Below, piece after piece: positions 21,198 to 31,081 of a stretch of 64,000 bases of DNA (its first letter is position 1; the number at the start of each line of letters is the position of its first letter). Location of the stretch: IMG/VR virus record IMGVR_UViG_3300043446_002688. The stretch is one strand, 5' to 3'. Position numbers and translations under genes: made by a program. The DNA is from a virus. The notes beneath the pieces are model-generated. The model saw only the letters and a list, made by a program, of their open reading frames with translations. It ran no database searches and had not been told where the DNA came from.

Positions 21198-22369
21198 TGG
21201 CCTTCAATTTTAGTAACGGTGATACACTTGATAAAAAATATTTAAAAGAATCCGATTTAATTGATAATTATATCGGTAATAGATTGTGGGCGTGGGGACT
21301 GAATAACCACGGTCAGTTAGGAAATAATGCGACTGGTAATTACAACGGTAGTCCGTTACAAACTATTTCAGGTGGAACTAATTGGAAGCAAACATCCACG
21401 GGATATTATCACATTGCTGGAATAAAAACTGATGGCACCTTATGGTTGTGGGGCGATAATCGTTATTATGGACAGTTAGGAGATAACACAACAACCAAAA
21501 AATCTAGCCCTGTACAGACTATAAGTGGTGGCAATAATTGGAATCTTGTCTCGTGTGGATCCTACTACACAACAACAATTAAAACTGACGGAACGTTGTG
21601 GTTATGGGGCAGAAACAATGTTGGTCAATTAGGAACCAATAACACAACCAACTATTCCAGTCCCGTTCAAACCATTGCTGCTGGAAATAATTGGAAAAAA
21701 TTAAGTGCCGGTTTTCAACACGTTGCTGCAATTAAAACCGATGGCACACTGTGGTTGTGGGGCCAAAATAATAATGGTCAATTGGGCGACAATACTCTAA
21801 CCAATAAAAGTAGTCCAGCACAAACATTTGGTACCGGAAATAATTGGAATCAAGTGAGTGTTGGCTCAAGTTTTACTGCTGCGATTAAAACAGATGGTAC
21901 CTTATGGTTGTGTGGTAATAATCAATATGGTCAATTAGGTGATAACACAACAACCAATAAATCCAGTCCTGTACAAACAATTGCAGGCGGAAATAATTGG
22001 AAGTCAGTTTCTGCCAGCATTGGTGGCCACATTAGTGCTATTAAAACAGATGGTACGTTGTGGCTCTTTGGAAATAATGGTAATGCTCAACTAGGTGATA
22101 ATACCACAGTATCCAAATCGAGCCCAGTTCAAACTATAACCGGTGGAACAAATTGGAAATCTGTTGCTACCGGTTCAAGCCATACTGCCGCTATTAAGAC
22201 TAATGGCGAGCTGTGGCTTTGGGGGAGTGATGCGTTCGGCCAATTAGGAACCAATACTTTTACATCCACATCCAGTCCAGTCCAAACTATATCCAGTGGA
22301 ACAAATTGGAAACAAGTTTCTTGTGGGTATCTTATTACCTCAGCAACGACTTTTTCGGATCTACAATAA
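21197..22369 (+). CDS. RCC1/BLIP-II repeat beta-propeller protein 1
   Basis: About 7 repeats of AIKTDGTLWLWGxNxxGQLGxNxxxxxSSPVQT..GxNWK. Confidence 0.9.
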   Translation: MAFNFSNGDTLDKKYLKESDLIDNYIGNRLWAWGLNNHGQLGNNATGNYNGSPLQTISGGTNWKQTSTGYYHIAGIKTDGTLWLWGDNRYYGQLGDNTTTKKSSPVQTISGGNNWNLVSCGSYYTTTIKTDGTLWLWGRNNVGQLGTNNTTNYSSPVQTIAAGNNWKKLSAGFQHVAAIKTDGTLWLWGQNNNGQLGDNTLTNKSSPAQTFGTGNNWNQVSVGSSFTAAIKTDGTLWLCGNNQYGQLGDNTTTNKSSPVQTIAGGNNWKSVSASIGGHISAIKTDGTLWLFGNNGNAQLGDNTTVSKSSPVQTITGGTNWKSVATGSSHTAAIKTNGELWLWGSDAFGQLGTNTFTSTSSPVQTISSGTNWKQVSCGYLITSATTFSDLQ

Positions 22370-22383
22370 TAAGGAATATAATA

Positions 22384-23028
22384 ATGTTTGTAATCGTATA
22401 CAATAATCAAGTAATTCTAGGGCCAATGCCATGGAGAAAGTTTTTCTTTGAAAACATCATAGAAGAAGATTGTGAAGTTCAAGTAACACTACCACAAAAA
22501 AATGATGTCCCGTACACAGTAAATGATGAAATTGTCATTCTTCCAGCAAGATATACACATGAAGAACACAATCCAATAACACAAAAACACAACGGTCCTT
22601 TCTGGACTATTACTGAAACAGAAGCAGTAGGTAATTTTGTTGCGATAGACAAAGATGTAGAACATTTAAAATCTGAATTGAAACAAATTGTTGCAGATAA
22701 AAGATGGAAGAAAGAAGTCGGCGGAATTAAAGTTACTATCAATGATATAGAATATTCAGTTGATACCTCTCGTGAAGGTAGAAAAATATACATTGAACAA
22801 TTACAAATGAACTCTAGTTCATATGATTGGAAGTTCAATGAGGGTTATGTAACATTATCTTTGGTTGATTTACAAAATATTGTTCAATCTATTAATGAAC
22901 ATATACAAAATTGTTTTGCAGAAGAACGCAATAGAATCAATCTTATTGATAGTAAAACATCATTAGAAGATTTAGAATTATTACACAATGAATTTAATCC
23001 AAGGGTGACCTTAAATGGCATACAGTGA
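22384..23028 (+). CDS. DUF4376-like tail fibre assembly/chaperone protein
   Basis: ADKRWKKEVGGI...DWKFNEGYVTLS...HIQNCF pattern. Start moved to ATG 22384, after the RBS aagga. Confidence 0.55.
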   Translation: MFVIVYNNQVILGPMPWRKFFFENIIEEDCEVQVTLPQKNDVPYTVNDEIVILPARYTHEEHNPITQKHNGPFWTITETEAVGNFVAIDKDVEHLKSELKQIVADKRWKKEVGGIKVTINDIEYSVDTSREGRKIYIEQLQMNSSSYDWKFNEGYVTLSLVDLQNIVQSINEHIQNCFAEERNRINLIDSKTSLEDLELLHNEFNPRVTLNGIQ

Positions 23029-24226
23029 AAGTGGAGTTCCTATACCCATTGATGGATATTTTAGTCCAGGTGGATATGTAACTAAACAATATTTGTTTGA
23101 TGCATATCCACAACTTAGTGACCAAGCAAAGAGTGCTGGATTGTGGGGATGTGGTTATGCTCTCGTCGGTCAACTGGGCGACAGAACTAGTGTTGACAAG
23201 TCTAGCCCAGTACAAACTATATCGGGGGGCGCCAACTGGAAGCAAGTAACATCCAGTTGGGGGCCATCGGCAGCAGCAATCAAAACAGACGGTACCCTGT
23301 GGTTATGGGGATATAATGCTTATGGTGAATTAGGTAACAATAACACAAATTCAGTCAGTTCTCCCGTACAGACAATTAGTGCAGGGACGAACTGGATTCA
23401 AGTTGGCGCCGGAGATAGAACATTTGGAGCAATCAAAACAGATGGCACATTATGGATGTGGGGGAAAAATAACTCTGGCCAGTTGGGCGATAACACTGCA
23501 ACTAATAGATCCAGTCCAGTTCAAACAGTATCTGGTGGAACTAATTGGAAGTACACCACTGGTGGAGATTTGTTTATGTCAGCAATCAAAACAGACGGTA
23601 CCCTGTGGTTATGGGGAGACAACGGCAATGGTCAATTGGGTACAAATAATACAACCAATAGGTCAAGTCCAGTACAAACTATATCCGCTGGTACCAATTG
23701 GAAACAGGTTTCAGCTGGCGGATCAACAGTTGCGGCAATCAAAACAGACGGTACCCTGTGGTTATGGGGATTTAATGGTTATGGTGGGTTGGGTGATAAT
23801 ACGAGCGTAAGAAAATCCAGTCCAGTTCAAACGGTTTCTGGTGGAAATAATTGGAAACAGTGTTCTGTCAGTAGTTACAATCATATTGCATCCATTAAGA
23901 CTAATGGTACCCTGTGGTTATGGGGTAATAATAATTATGGTCAATTAGGTACAAATAATACAACCAATACGTCAAGTCCAGTGCAAACTATATCCGCTGG
24001 TACCAATTGGAAACAGGTTTCAACTGGCAATTACAGTACATACTCTTTGAAAACGGATGGCACTCTTTGGACTTGGGGAGCTAATTTTTATGGTAATCTG
24101 GGAACCAATAACACAACACATTACTCTAGTCCAGTGCAAACAGTTAGTGGTGGAACTAATTGGAAACAAATTAGCGGCGGAACAGGAAAATTTTTTGCCA
24201 TCAAAGATTTTAATGAGGACTTCTAA
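23015..24226 (+). CDS. RCC1/BLIP-II repeat beta-propeller protein 2
   Basis: Same repeat unit as protein 1. Confidence 0.9.
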   Translation: MAYSESGVPIPIDGYFSPGGYVTKQYLFDAYPQLSDQAKSAGLWGCGYALVGQLGDRTSVDKSSPVQTISGGANWKQVTSSWGPSAAAIKTDGTLWLWGYNAYGELGNNNTNSVSSPVQTISAGTNWIQVGAGDRTFGAIKTDGTLWMWGKNNSGQLGDNTATNRSSPVQTVSGGTNWKYTTGGDLFMSAIKTDGTLWLWGDNGNGQLGTNNTTNRSSPVQTISAGTNWKQVSAGGSTVAAIKTDGTLWLWGFNGYGGLGDNTSVRKSSPVQTVSGGNNWKQCSVSSYNHIASIKTNGTLWLWGNNNYGQLGTNNTTNTSSPVQTISAGTNWKQVSTGNYSTYSLKTDGTLWTWGANFYGNLGTNNTTHYSSPVQTVSGGTNWKQISGGTGKFFAIKDFNEDF

Positions 24227-24228
24227 TC

Positions 24229-25368
24229 ATGTCGTATAATAATTTAGAGGAATTGTTGGTACCGGTAAGTTATTTTAACCAAGGCGGATTGTGGTCATGG
24301 GGATACAACGGATTTGGAGCTGCTGGTGATGAAACCTTAGTCAATAGATCCAGTCCTGTGCAAACTGTTGCTTCCGGATCAAATTGGAAATTAGTTGGAA
24401 TCGGTGGCTATCATAATGCAGCAATAAAAACAGACGGCACGTTATGGACATGGGGATATAATAGCAATGGTACATTAGGTAATAACACAACCGCTAGCAC
24501 ATCCAGTCCTGTGCAAACAATTGCAGCCGGTACAAATTGGAAGTATGTATATTCTAATCAAATGTCAGTGTTCGCAATCAAAACAGACGGATCATTGTGG
24601 GTATGGGGAAATAATGGAAACGGTCAACTGGGAACAGGTAACATCACAAATTATTCCAGTCCTGTACAACTTGGTACAGAAAAAAATTGGAAATTAATTT
24701 CTTCTAATTCATACTTTTCTGCGGCAATCAAAACAGATGGCACGTTATGGACATGGGGATATAACAATGACGGTACTTTGGGTGATAACACAAGAATAGA
24801 CAAATCTAGTCCTGTACAAACAATTGCAGCCGGTACAAATTGGAAATCAACATCAACGGGAATATATCATGTAACAGCAATCAAAACAGATGGTACACTA
24901 TGGTTATGGGGCAGAAACAATGTTGGTCAATTAGGTACAAATAATATAACAAACAGGTCTAGTCCAGTTCAAACTGTTGCAGGTGGAACTAATTGGAAAC
25001 AATCATCTGGCGGACAGTCTCATACTGCCGCAATCAAAACAGATGGTACACTATGGTTGTGGGGCCGAAACATTTATGGTCAATTAGGAACCAACAACAT
25101 AACAGATTATTCAAGTCCAGTTCAAACTGTTGCATCGGGTACCAATTGGAAACTATTGGCATGTGGAAGAAACCATACTGCCGCAATCAAAACAGATGGC
25201 ACATTATGGTTATGGGGTTATAATAATTATGGCCAATTAGGTGATAATACAGTACTGTCTAAATCTAGTCCAATACAAACAATTTCAGGTGGTACTAATT
25301 GGAAACAAGTATCCTCTGTGGGGTTTAACACATCCGCAATCAACGGCACCTGGAGAACCATCACTTAA
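24229..25368 (+). CDS. RCC1/BLIP-II repeat beta-propeller protein 3
   Basis: Same repeat unit as protein 1. Confidence 0.9.
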   Translation: MSYNNLEELLVPVSYFNQGGLWSWGYNGFGAAGDETLVNRSSPVQTVASGSNWKLVGIGGYHNAAIKTDGTLWTWGYNSNGTLGNNTTASTSSPVQTIAAGTNWKYVYSNQMSVFAIKTDGSLWVWGNNGNGQLGTGNITNYSSPVQLGTEKNWKLISSNSYFSAAIKTDGTLWTWGYNNDGTLGDNTRIDKSSPVQTIAAGTNWKSTSTGIYHVTAIKTDGTLWLWGRNNVGQLGTNNITNRSSPVQTVAGGTNWKQSSGGQSHTAAIKTDGTLWLWGRNIYGQLGTNNITDYSSPVQTVASGTNWKLLACGRNHTAAIKTDGTLWLWGYNNYGQLGDNTVLSKSSPIQTISGGTNWKQVSSVGFNTSAINGTWRTIT

Positions 25369-25424
25369 ACATCAGGAAACTGAACATATATAATAGTATC
25401 ATCAGATTATTATTGTGAAATATT

Positions 25425-25988
25425 ATGAAACTAAACCTTGGATCCGGTTCAAAAAGAATTCCCGGTTATTTAAATATTGATAATGATGCTGGTTCAAAAC
25501 CAGATTTTGTTATCGACTTAGAAAAAGATAAACTACCATTTGAAGATAGTTCTGTGGACAGTATTATTGCTCATCACATACTAGAACACCTGGGTGATGG
25601 GTTTTTTCATTGTGTCAAGGAACTATACCGTGTGTGTAAACACGGCACAACGATTGATGTTAGAGTTCCACATCCTAGACACGACACATTCTTAATAGAC
25701 CCCTCTCATAAAAGACCTGTATATCCACACACATTGGATATGTTCTCTAAAGAACGTAACCTAAGAGATATTGCCGCAGGTGGATGTGAAACACCTATTG
25801 GTTTAATCAATAATGTTGACATGCGTGTTTTAAATTTTTCTCCTGTTTTGGATGAATATTGGCAAAAACAATTTCAACAAATGACCGAAGAACAGTGTGA
25901 ACATGCAGCAAGGTCTTTTAATAATGTTATCAATGAATATCATATACAATGGGTAGTTTATAAAGATGAATCCGTTATCGACCGCTGA
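25425..25988 (+). CDS. Class I SAM-dependent methyltransferase
   Basis: KLNLGSG motif I; LPFEDSSVDSIIAHHILEHL. Confidence 0.85.
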   Translation: MKLNLGSGSKRIPGYLNIDNDAGSKPDFVIDLEKDKLPFEDSSVDSIIAHHILEHLGDGFFHCVKELYRVCKHGTTIDVRVPHPRHDTFLIDPSHKRPVYPHTLDMFSKERNLRDIAAGGCETPIGLINNVDMRVLNFSPVLDEYWQKQFQQMTEEQCEHAARSFNNVINEYHIQWVVYKDESVIDR

Positions 25989-27285
25989 ATTTTTTATTAA
26001 AATTAAACAAAGTGAGAAAGCTAAAATAGTTCTAGACCTTCTTAAACCATATGCCACCGGTTTGGGTGAAATGGACCAACTAGGTAAATTATATGCCGAG
26101 ATTAGAGAGTTCAATGATACACTAGAACTGGCACAAAAAATGTATGCATTGGTGACCAACGATGATGCCAGATTTGATGCAAGAGTTAATATCATTCGTG
26201 CATATCTAAACCTTAACAAGCCAAAAGAAGCATTGGTTTATATCGGTATTAACGAAAAGGAAAGACCAAATGACCATCCAAATCAAATGGATAAGGCAAT
26301 GGCATATTTCTTACTTGACAGAAAAGATGAAGGTGAAAAGATACTGAGAAACATTTTAACCGAGCCGCACACAGATGATATTGATTTTAGAGTAAACTTT
26401 AATCTAGGTACATATGACTTACGTAATGGAAATTTCAAAGAAGGTTTGAGGCATGTGTTACTAGATGGTAGAAAATTAAACATCTGGGAATCATTCAACT
26501 TTCCAAAAAATCAACTATGGGAAGGCACACCACAACCGGGTAAAACAATCGTGCTTTGTGCCGAAGGTGGTATTGGTGACGAAATCATTTCAGTTAGATT
26601 TATGAAACACTTTAAAGATGTTGGAATGAATCCTATTTGGTTTACAAATAGAAAAGATATTGCAAGCATTTTCAATCGTTGTGGTTTTGAAACGGTAACA
26701 AATCTTAAAGAAATATCATATGATTGGTTATGGACATATTCTATGCCAAGCCCAACTTACTTGGATTTAGAAGAAGATGATTTATGGTACGGCACATATC
26801 TGAAACCATTAAACGTTTCACCTAAATTACCAAACACTGGCAAAAAGAAAATTGGCATCAAGTGTATGGGTAATCCAAAGTATGACCAAGACTTACATAG
26901 AACTATTCCATTTGAAGAATTGATTGATAGTATTCCGGAAGATTATGAAATTTATTCTTTTCACATAGATGAAGATTTTAGTCATCCTAGAGTTATACAA
27001 TTAAAAGATAAAATTAAAACCTGGGACGATACACTTGATTACATCAATCAAATGGATATTGTGGTTTCTAGTTGTACATCATTGATACATGCAGCCGGTG
27101 CAATTGGAAAACAATCAGTTGTTATTATTCCAATTCTAACATATTACACTTGGGCAAAACCAGAGTATCACACCAAATGGTATGGTGATAATCTGACAAT
27201 CTTCAGGCAAAGTGAGTATGATAATTGGAAAGCACCATTACTTGAATTGAATGATTATTTGAAGAATGAAAATACAAACAATTAA
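25966..27285 (+). CDS. TPR-repeat protein with C-terminal GT-B (GT9/heptosyltransferase-like) domain
   Basis: Helical TPR-like N-terminus; LWEGTPQPGKTIVLCAEGGIGDEI; DIVVSSCTSLIHAAGAIGK. Confidence 0.75.
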   Translation: MNPLSTAEFFIKIKQSEKAKIVLDLLKPYATGLGEMDQLGKLYAEIREFNDTLELAQKMYALVTNDDARFDARVNIIRAYLNLNKPKEALVYIGINEKERPNDHPNQMDKAMAYFLLDRKDEGEKILRNILTEPHTDDIDFRVNFNLGTYDLRNGNFKEGLRHVLLDGRKLNIWESFNFPKNQLWEGTPQPGKTIVLCAEGGIGDEIISVRFMKHFKDVGMNPIWFTNRKDIASIFNRCGFETVTNLKEISYDWLWTYSMPSPTYLDLEEDDLWYGTYLKPLNVSPKLPNTGKKKIGIKCMGNPKYDQDLHRTIPFEELIDSIPEDYEIYSFHIDEDFSHPRVIQLKDKIKTWDDTLDYINQMDIVVSSCTSLIHAAGAIGKQSVVIIPILTYYTWAKPEYHTKWYGDNLTIFRQSEYDNWKAPLLELNDYLKNENTNN

Positions 27286-27619
27286 TATAAATCTATCTTC
27301 CATAAAATCTGAAGAGCCGGAAGAAATTGTGCCGTGTGGCACCTGTACACTTTGTTGTGAAAAATTATCACCATTTCTATCACCGGAAGAAGTTGCTTCA
27401 GGATTATATCCATTGAGTTTAATAAATCCAACAATAGAACAAAAACAAATTAATCCAGATATCGGACCCGTTGTCGTTTTATACAGAAAGAAAGAAGGTG
27501 GATGTGGAATGTTTATTGACGGCAAATGTTCGATATATGAATACAGACCTAAAGCTTGCAGACAATTTGATTGTCGCAAAGGACACCACCCAACTATACC
27601 CAACATGATTGACAAATGA
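27266..27619 (+). CDS. YkgJ-family CxxCxxCC Fe/Zn cysteine-cluster protein
   Basis: CGTCTLCC ... CGMFIDGKCSIYEYRPKACRQFDC. Confidence 0.8.
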   Translation: MKIQTININLSSIKSEEPEEIVPCGTCTLCCEKLSPFLSPEEVASGLYPLSLINPTIEQKQINPDIGPVVVLYRKKEGGCGMFIDGKCSIYEYRPKACRQFDCRKGHHPTIPNMIDK

Positions 27620-28401
27620 AAACATTACATTTTTTATCAGGATTACCAAGATCCGGATCAACATTACTGGCGAGTATACTAAACCAAAACCCACAGGTAT
27701 ATGTAACACCCACAAGTCCTATGTTGAATGTGACAGTGAAGATGCAGGACGCATGGAGAGAAGATCCGACAGTCAAAGCAAACTACTTTGAGGAACAAGC
27801 ACGCAATATTACCAAAGCAGTTCTTCCTGCTTTTTGGCAGCACAGACCAGAACCCATTATCATAGATAAAGGTAGAGGTTGGGCAAAGAATATGTTAACA
27901 GCCAATGCGTTGTTTGAAAAGAAAATCAAAGTCATTGTAATGGAACGAGACTTACCCAGTATTATGGCTAGTTGGTTAACTATTATCAGAAAACAAAAAG
28001 AATGTTACTTAGACGAAACCATTATGCGTAAAGGTTTTCCGCCAACCGATGATAACCGCATGGCAGAGATGTGGTTTGATATGGTCAAAGACTGCATGGA
28101 AGGTACATATCAAATTAAAAAAGAAGTTCCTGACCAAATAGTGGTGGTGACATATGATGATTTGATGAATGATGCCAGAACACAACTACAAAGAATTGAA
28201 GATTTTTTAGAGTTACCAAAATTCAATTATGACTTTGAAAACATCATCAACGATACCGTAGATGACGATTTGGTGGCCTGGGGTTTTGATGGGTTACACA
28301 CCATCAGACCTAAGTTGGAAAAAACCGCAAAAGATCCAAGAATTATTTTGGGTGACGAACTATACAATAGATTTGTGGAATTAGAAAAACAATATGTATA
28401 A
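27616..28401 (+). CDS. Sulfotransferase family protein
   Basis: PAPS-binding loop SGLPRSGSTLLASILNQNP; IIDKGR; VTYDDL. Confidence 0.8.
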   Translation: MKTLHFLSGLPRSGSTLLASILNQNPQVYVTPTSPMLNVTVKMQDAWREDPTVKANYFEEQARNITKAVLPAFWQHRPEPIIIDKGRGWAKNMLTANALFEKKIKVIVMERDLPSIMASWLTIIRKQKECYLDETIMRKGFPPTDDNRMAEMWFDMVKDCMEGTYQIKKEVPDQIVVVTYDDLMNDARTQLQRIEDFLELPKFNYDFENIINDTVDDDLVAWGFDGLHTIRPKLEKTAKDPRIILGDELYNRFVELEKQYV

Positions 28402-29287
28402 TGTATTAAATTTTATTCACACATCAAACTTTTACAATGAAGAACAAGTTAAAGGATTGAACTCAATAGTAAATACTTTAGTGTATGCACCTACTGAATT
28501 TGGTAGTGTTAATACAGGTTTTAATTATATTCAACCAGATGCAATCAAAACATTCAGTGAAGTATTAAATACAAAAGTAACAATCAGTGAAGAATCCGGT
28601 TACTTTTACAAGCCAAATACAGGAATTAGATACAATACTTTCACAAATTACACCGAGTGGAAATTTGTTGTTGCAATTCAACCAACAATCTTTACGATGT
28701 TTTACCACAAAACTGGTGTCACTTCTGCTCTACAAAATTATAATTTTAATTACAATAATCTTTTTGAGTGGGAATACCAGACACAGATATTAATGGAACC
28801 AGGTCAAGGATTATTTTATAGGCCATGGATGTTTCATGCCTTCAGTGAGCCAACAATCATTCAGTCGTTTGATATAACAGAAAATCCAACACCACTATCA
28901 AATACCATTTTAGTTATGGGTGAAAAAGGTTCCGGAAAAACCACTTTCAGTAAAAAATTAGCAGACAGACTGAAGGCCACATATATACATGGTGAAACGA
29001 TAAACGAAATGTTTAACGATACCGATACATCCATAGAAGGTGAAAACAGACAGGCCGAACGATTGAAAAAGTTGGCAGTGTTGGCACCAACAGAGTTTAC
29101 GGTTATAGATTTCAAATGTGAACGTTTATCATCACGTGATTACTTATCACCCAATTTTGTGGTTTGGATGAATACCGTGGAAATAAAGTCGGACACCTTT
29201 GAAATACCTAAAAGAGCAAATGTGGTATATGATTCTTTCGATATTAATATGGATAAATTTATTGACAAAATGATGGAGAAAAAATGA
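28394..29287 (+). CDS. Fusion of an N-terminal 2OG-Fe(II)-oxygenase-like (DUF6445-like) domain and a C-terminal P-loop/APS-kinase-like domain
   Basis: GQGLFYRPWMFH in the N-terminal part. C-terminal GEKGSGKT, then RQAERL...VIDF...FVVWMNT, paralogous to the kinase domain of the next gene. Confidence 0.5.
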   Translation: MYNVLNFIHTSNFYNEEQVKGLNSIVNTLVYAPTEFGSVNTGFNYIQPDAIKTFSEVLNTKVTISEESGYFYKPNTGIRYNTFTNYTEWKFVVAIQPTIFTMFYHKTGVTSALQNYNFNYNNLFEWEYQTQILMEPGQGLFYRPWMFHAFSEPTIIQSFDITENPTPLSNTILVMGEKGSGKTTFSKKLADRLKATYIHGETINEMFNDTDTSIEGENRQAERLKKLAVLAPTEFTVIDFKCERLSSRDYLSPNFVVWMNTVEIKSDTFEIPKRANVVYDSFDINMDKFIDKMMEKK

Positions 29288-30078
29288 CACAACGAATTTT
29301 AATTATGGGATTGCCAGGTTCTGGTAAAACATACCTAGCACAATATGTACTGGATCATTTACAATCAGCCAACAAGAAAGTTGGTTGGTTGAATGCTGAT
29401 GATGTACGCAAAAAATATAATGACTGGGACTTCAGTACAGAAGGAAGAATCAGGCAAAGTCACCGCATGAGAGAACTGGCAGACTCCATGACTGATATGG
29501 ATTATGTCATCTGTGATTTTGTGGCACCTTTGGTTGAAATGCGTAACAACTTCAAAGCAGACTGGACTGTGTGGGTTGACACTATCGAAAAGGGGAGATT
29601 TGAAGATACCAACAAGGCTTTTATTCCACCAGAGGTATATGATTTTAGAATCACGGAACAGAACAGTGAAAAATGGAGTGAATTTATTGCACACCACATC
29701 TTAGGAAACTTCCGTAGACCAGTATTTGACTGGCAAAAAGAAACGGTACAAATGTTAGGTCGTTGGCAACCATGGCATGCTGGTCACCGTGCTTTGTTTG
29801 AGCGTGCAATTCAAAAGACAGGTCAGGTCGTAATACAGATTAGAGACTGTCAAGGTTGGCAAGGATCAAATCCTTTTGCAATCGAACAGGTCAAACAATA
29901 TATCAGACGAGACTTGGACCCTATTTACCAGGGAAAATATGAAATTCAGGTTGTGCCAAATATTGTAAACATTACCTATGGACGTGATGTGGGATATAAG
30001 ATTGAACAAGAGGTATTTGATGATAAGACACATGAAATCTCTGCTACAAAAATTCGTAAATCAATGGGCCTTAAATAA
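29284..30078 (+). CDS. cysC: Adenylylsulfate-kinase-like domain fused to a HIGH-family nucleotidyltransferase domain
   Basis: GLPGSGKT, LNADDVR, DFSTEGRIRQ (CysC-like). C-terminal GRWQPWHAGH and ISATKIR (HxGH/SxxxR nucleotidyltransferase motifs). Confidence 0.7.
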   Translation: MTQRILIMGLPGSGKTYLAQYVLDHLQSANKKVGWLNADDVRKKYNDWDFSTEGRIRQSHRMRELADSMTDMDYVICDFVAPLVEMRNNFKADWTVWVDTIEKGRFEDTNKAFIPPEVYDFRITEQNSEKWSEFIAHHILGNFRRPVFDWQKETVQMLGRWQPWHAGHRALFERAIQKTGQVVIQIRDCQGWQGSNPFAIEQVKQYIRRDLDPIYQGKYEIQVVPNIVNITYGRDVGYKIEQEVFDDKTHEISATKIRKSMGLK

Positions 30079-30280
30079 ATCTGAAACTGCAACCAGAAGC
30101 TTTGTAAAGGCATATAGTTACAGGTTCTGTGGTACATTTACCACGATGTTAATTTCTTATGCTTTTACTGGCGAATGGATAGTTAGTCTGAGTATAGGTG
30201 CCACAGAAATGGTTGTAAAACCGTTTATCTACTGGTGTCACGAAAGAGTGTGGAATGGCATAGGATGGGGTCGAATATAA
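30032..30280 (+). CDS. DUF2061-like small membrane protein (start uncertain)
   Basis: RSFVKAYSYR...YWCHERVW..I.WG is the DUF2061 signature. Confidence 0.65.
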   Translation: MKSLLQKFVNQWALNKSETATRSFVKAYSYRFCGTFTTMLISYAFTGEWIVSLSIGATEMVVKPFIYWCHERVWNGIGWGRI

Positions 30281-30283
30281 ATA
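30276..30283 (+). promoter_or_regulatory. T4-type late promoter upstream of g13
   Basis: TATAAATA; gp55 is encoded in the window. Confidence 0.75.
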
Positions 30284-30306
30284 CCTTATTATAAGGAGTT
30301 TTAGTA

Positions 30307-31080
30307 ATGGCTACAATCACAGATAGAGCCGCCTTCAAGAATTATTGCCTAAAACGTCTAGGTTTCCCAGTCATAGATATCAACGTTGATGATGACCAGA
30401 TAGAAGACCGTATTGACGATGCTTTACAGTATTGGCACGATTACCATTTTGACGGTCTACAAAAAGTTTATTACATCAAAAAAATAGACCAAACGGATAT
30501 AGACAACCGTTATTTGGACCTGACTCAGGCACAAGACCGTGCAAACAACACACTAGAAATTACTGGTGTTACACGCATTTTCCCAATTCAAGATTCACAA
30601 TCCTCAATCAATATGTTTGATTTGAGATACCAGTTGCGTCTAAACGAATTGTATGATTTCACATCCGCATCATACATCAACTATACACTAACTCAACAAC
30701 ACTTGCGTTCTCTGGAACTAATGTTCACAGGTGAAGTACCAATTCGTTTCAATCGTCACATGCAAAGACTGATGATTGATTGGGCGTGGGGTCAATCTCA
30801 GGCACCAGTTGGCACCACAGTTGTTGCAGAATGTTATGCAACATTGGATCCAGAAACTTATGGCCAAGTTTGGAATGACCGTTGGTTAAAAGAATATGCA
30901 ACCGCATTGATTAAGAAACAATGGGGTTCCAACCTTAAAAAGTTTGGTGGTATACAATTGCCTGGTGGTGTCGTTCTAAATGGCGACAAAATCTATGACG
31001 AAGCGGAAGAAGAAAAGAAAACTTTAGAAGCTGACATGGAAAAAAACTATGGTGGTATGTTAGACTGGTATATGAATTAA
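30307..31080 (+). CDS. gp13: Neck protein gp13
   Basis: YCLKRLGFPVIDINVDDDQIEDRIDDALQY; GGIQLPGGVVLNG; position in the T4 morphogenesis cluster. Confidence 0.9.
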   Translation: MATITDRAAFKNYCLKRLGFPVIDINVDDDQIEDRIDDALQYWHDYHFDGLQKVYYIKKIDQTDIDNRYLDLTQAQDRANNTLEITGVTRIFPIQDSQSSINMFDLRYQLRLNELYDFTSASYINYTLTQQHLRSLELMFTGEVPIRFNRHMQRLMIDWAWGQSQAPVGTTVVAECYATLDPETYGQVWNDRWLKEYATALIKKQWGSNLKKFGGIQLPGGVVLNGDKIYDEAEEEKKTLEADMEKNYGGMLDWYMN

Positions 31081-31081
31081 C

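Noticed and set aside
23581-24045. Diversity-generating retroelement TR/VR pair among the RCC1 repeats
   Set aside because: Differences between copies are not restricted to adenines, both copies lie in-frame in one gene, and no reverse transcriptase is in the window.
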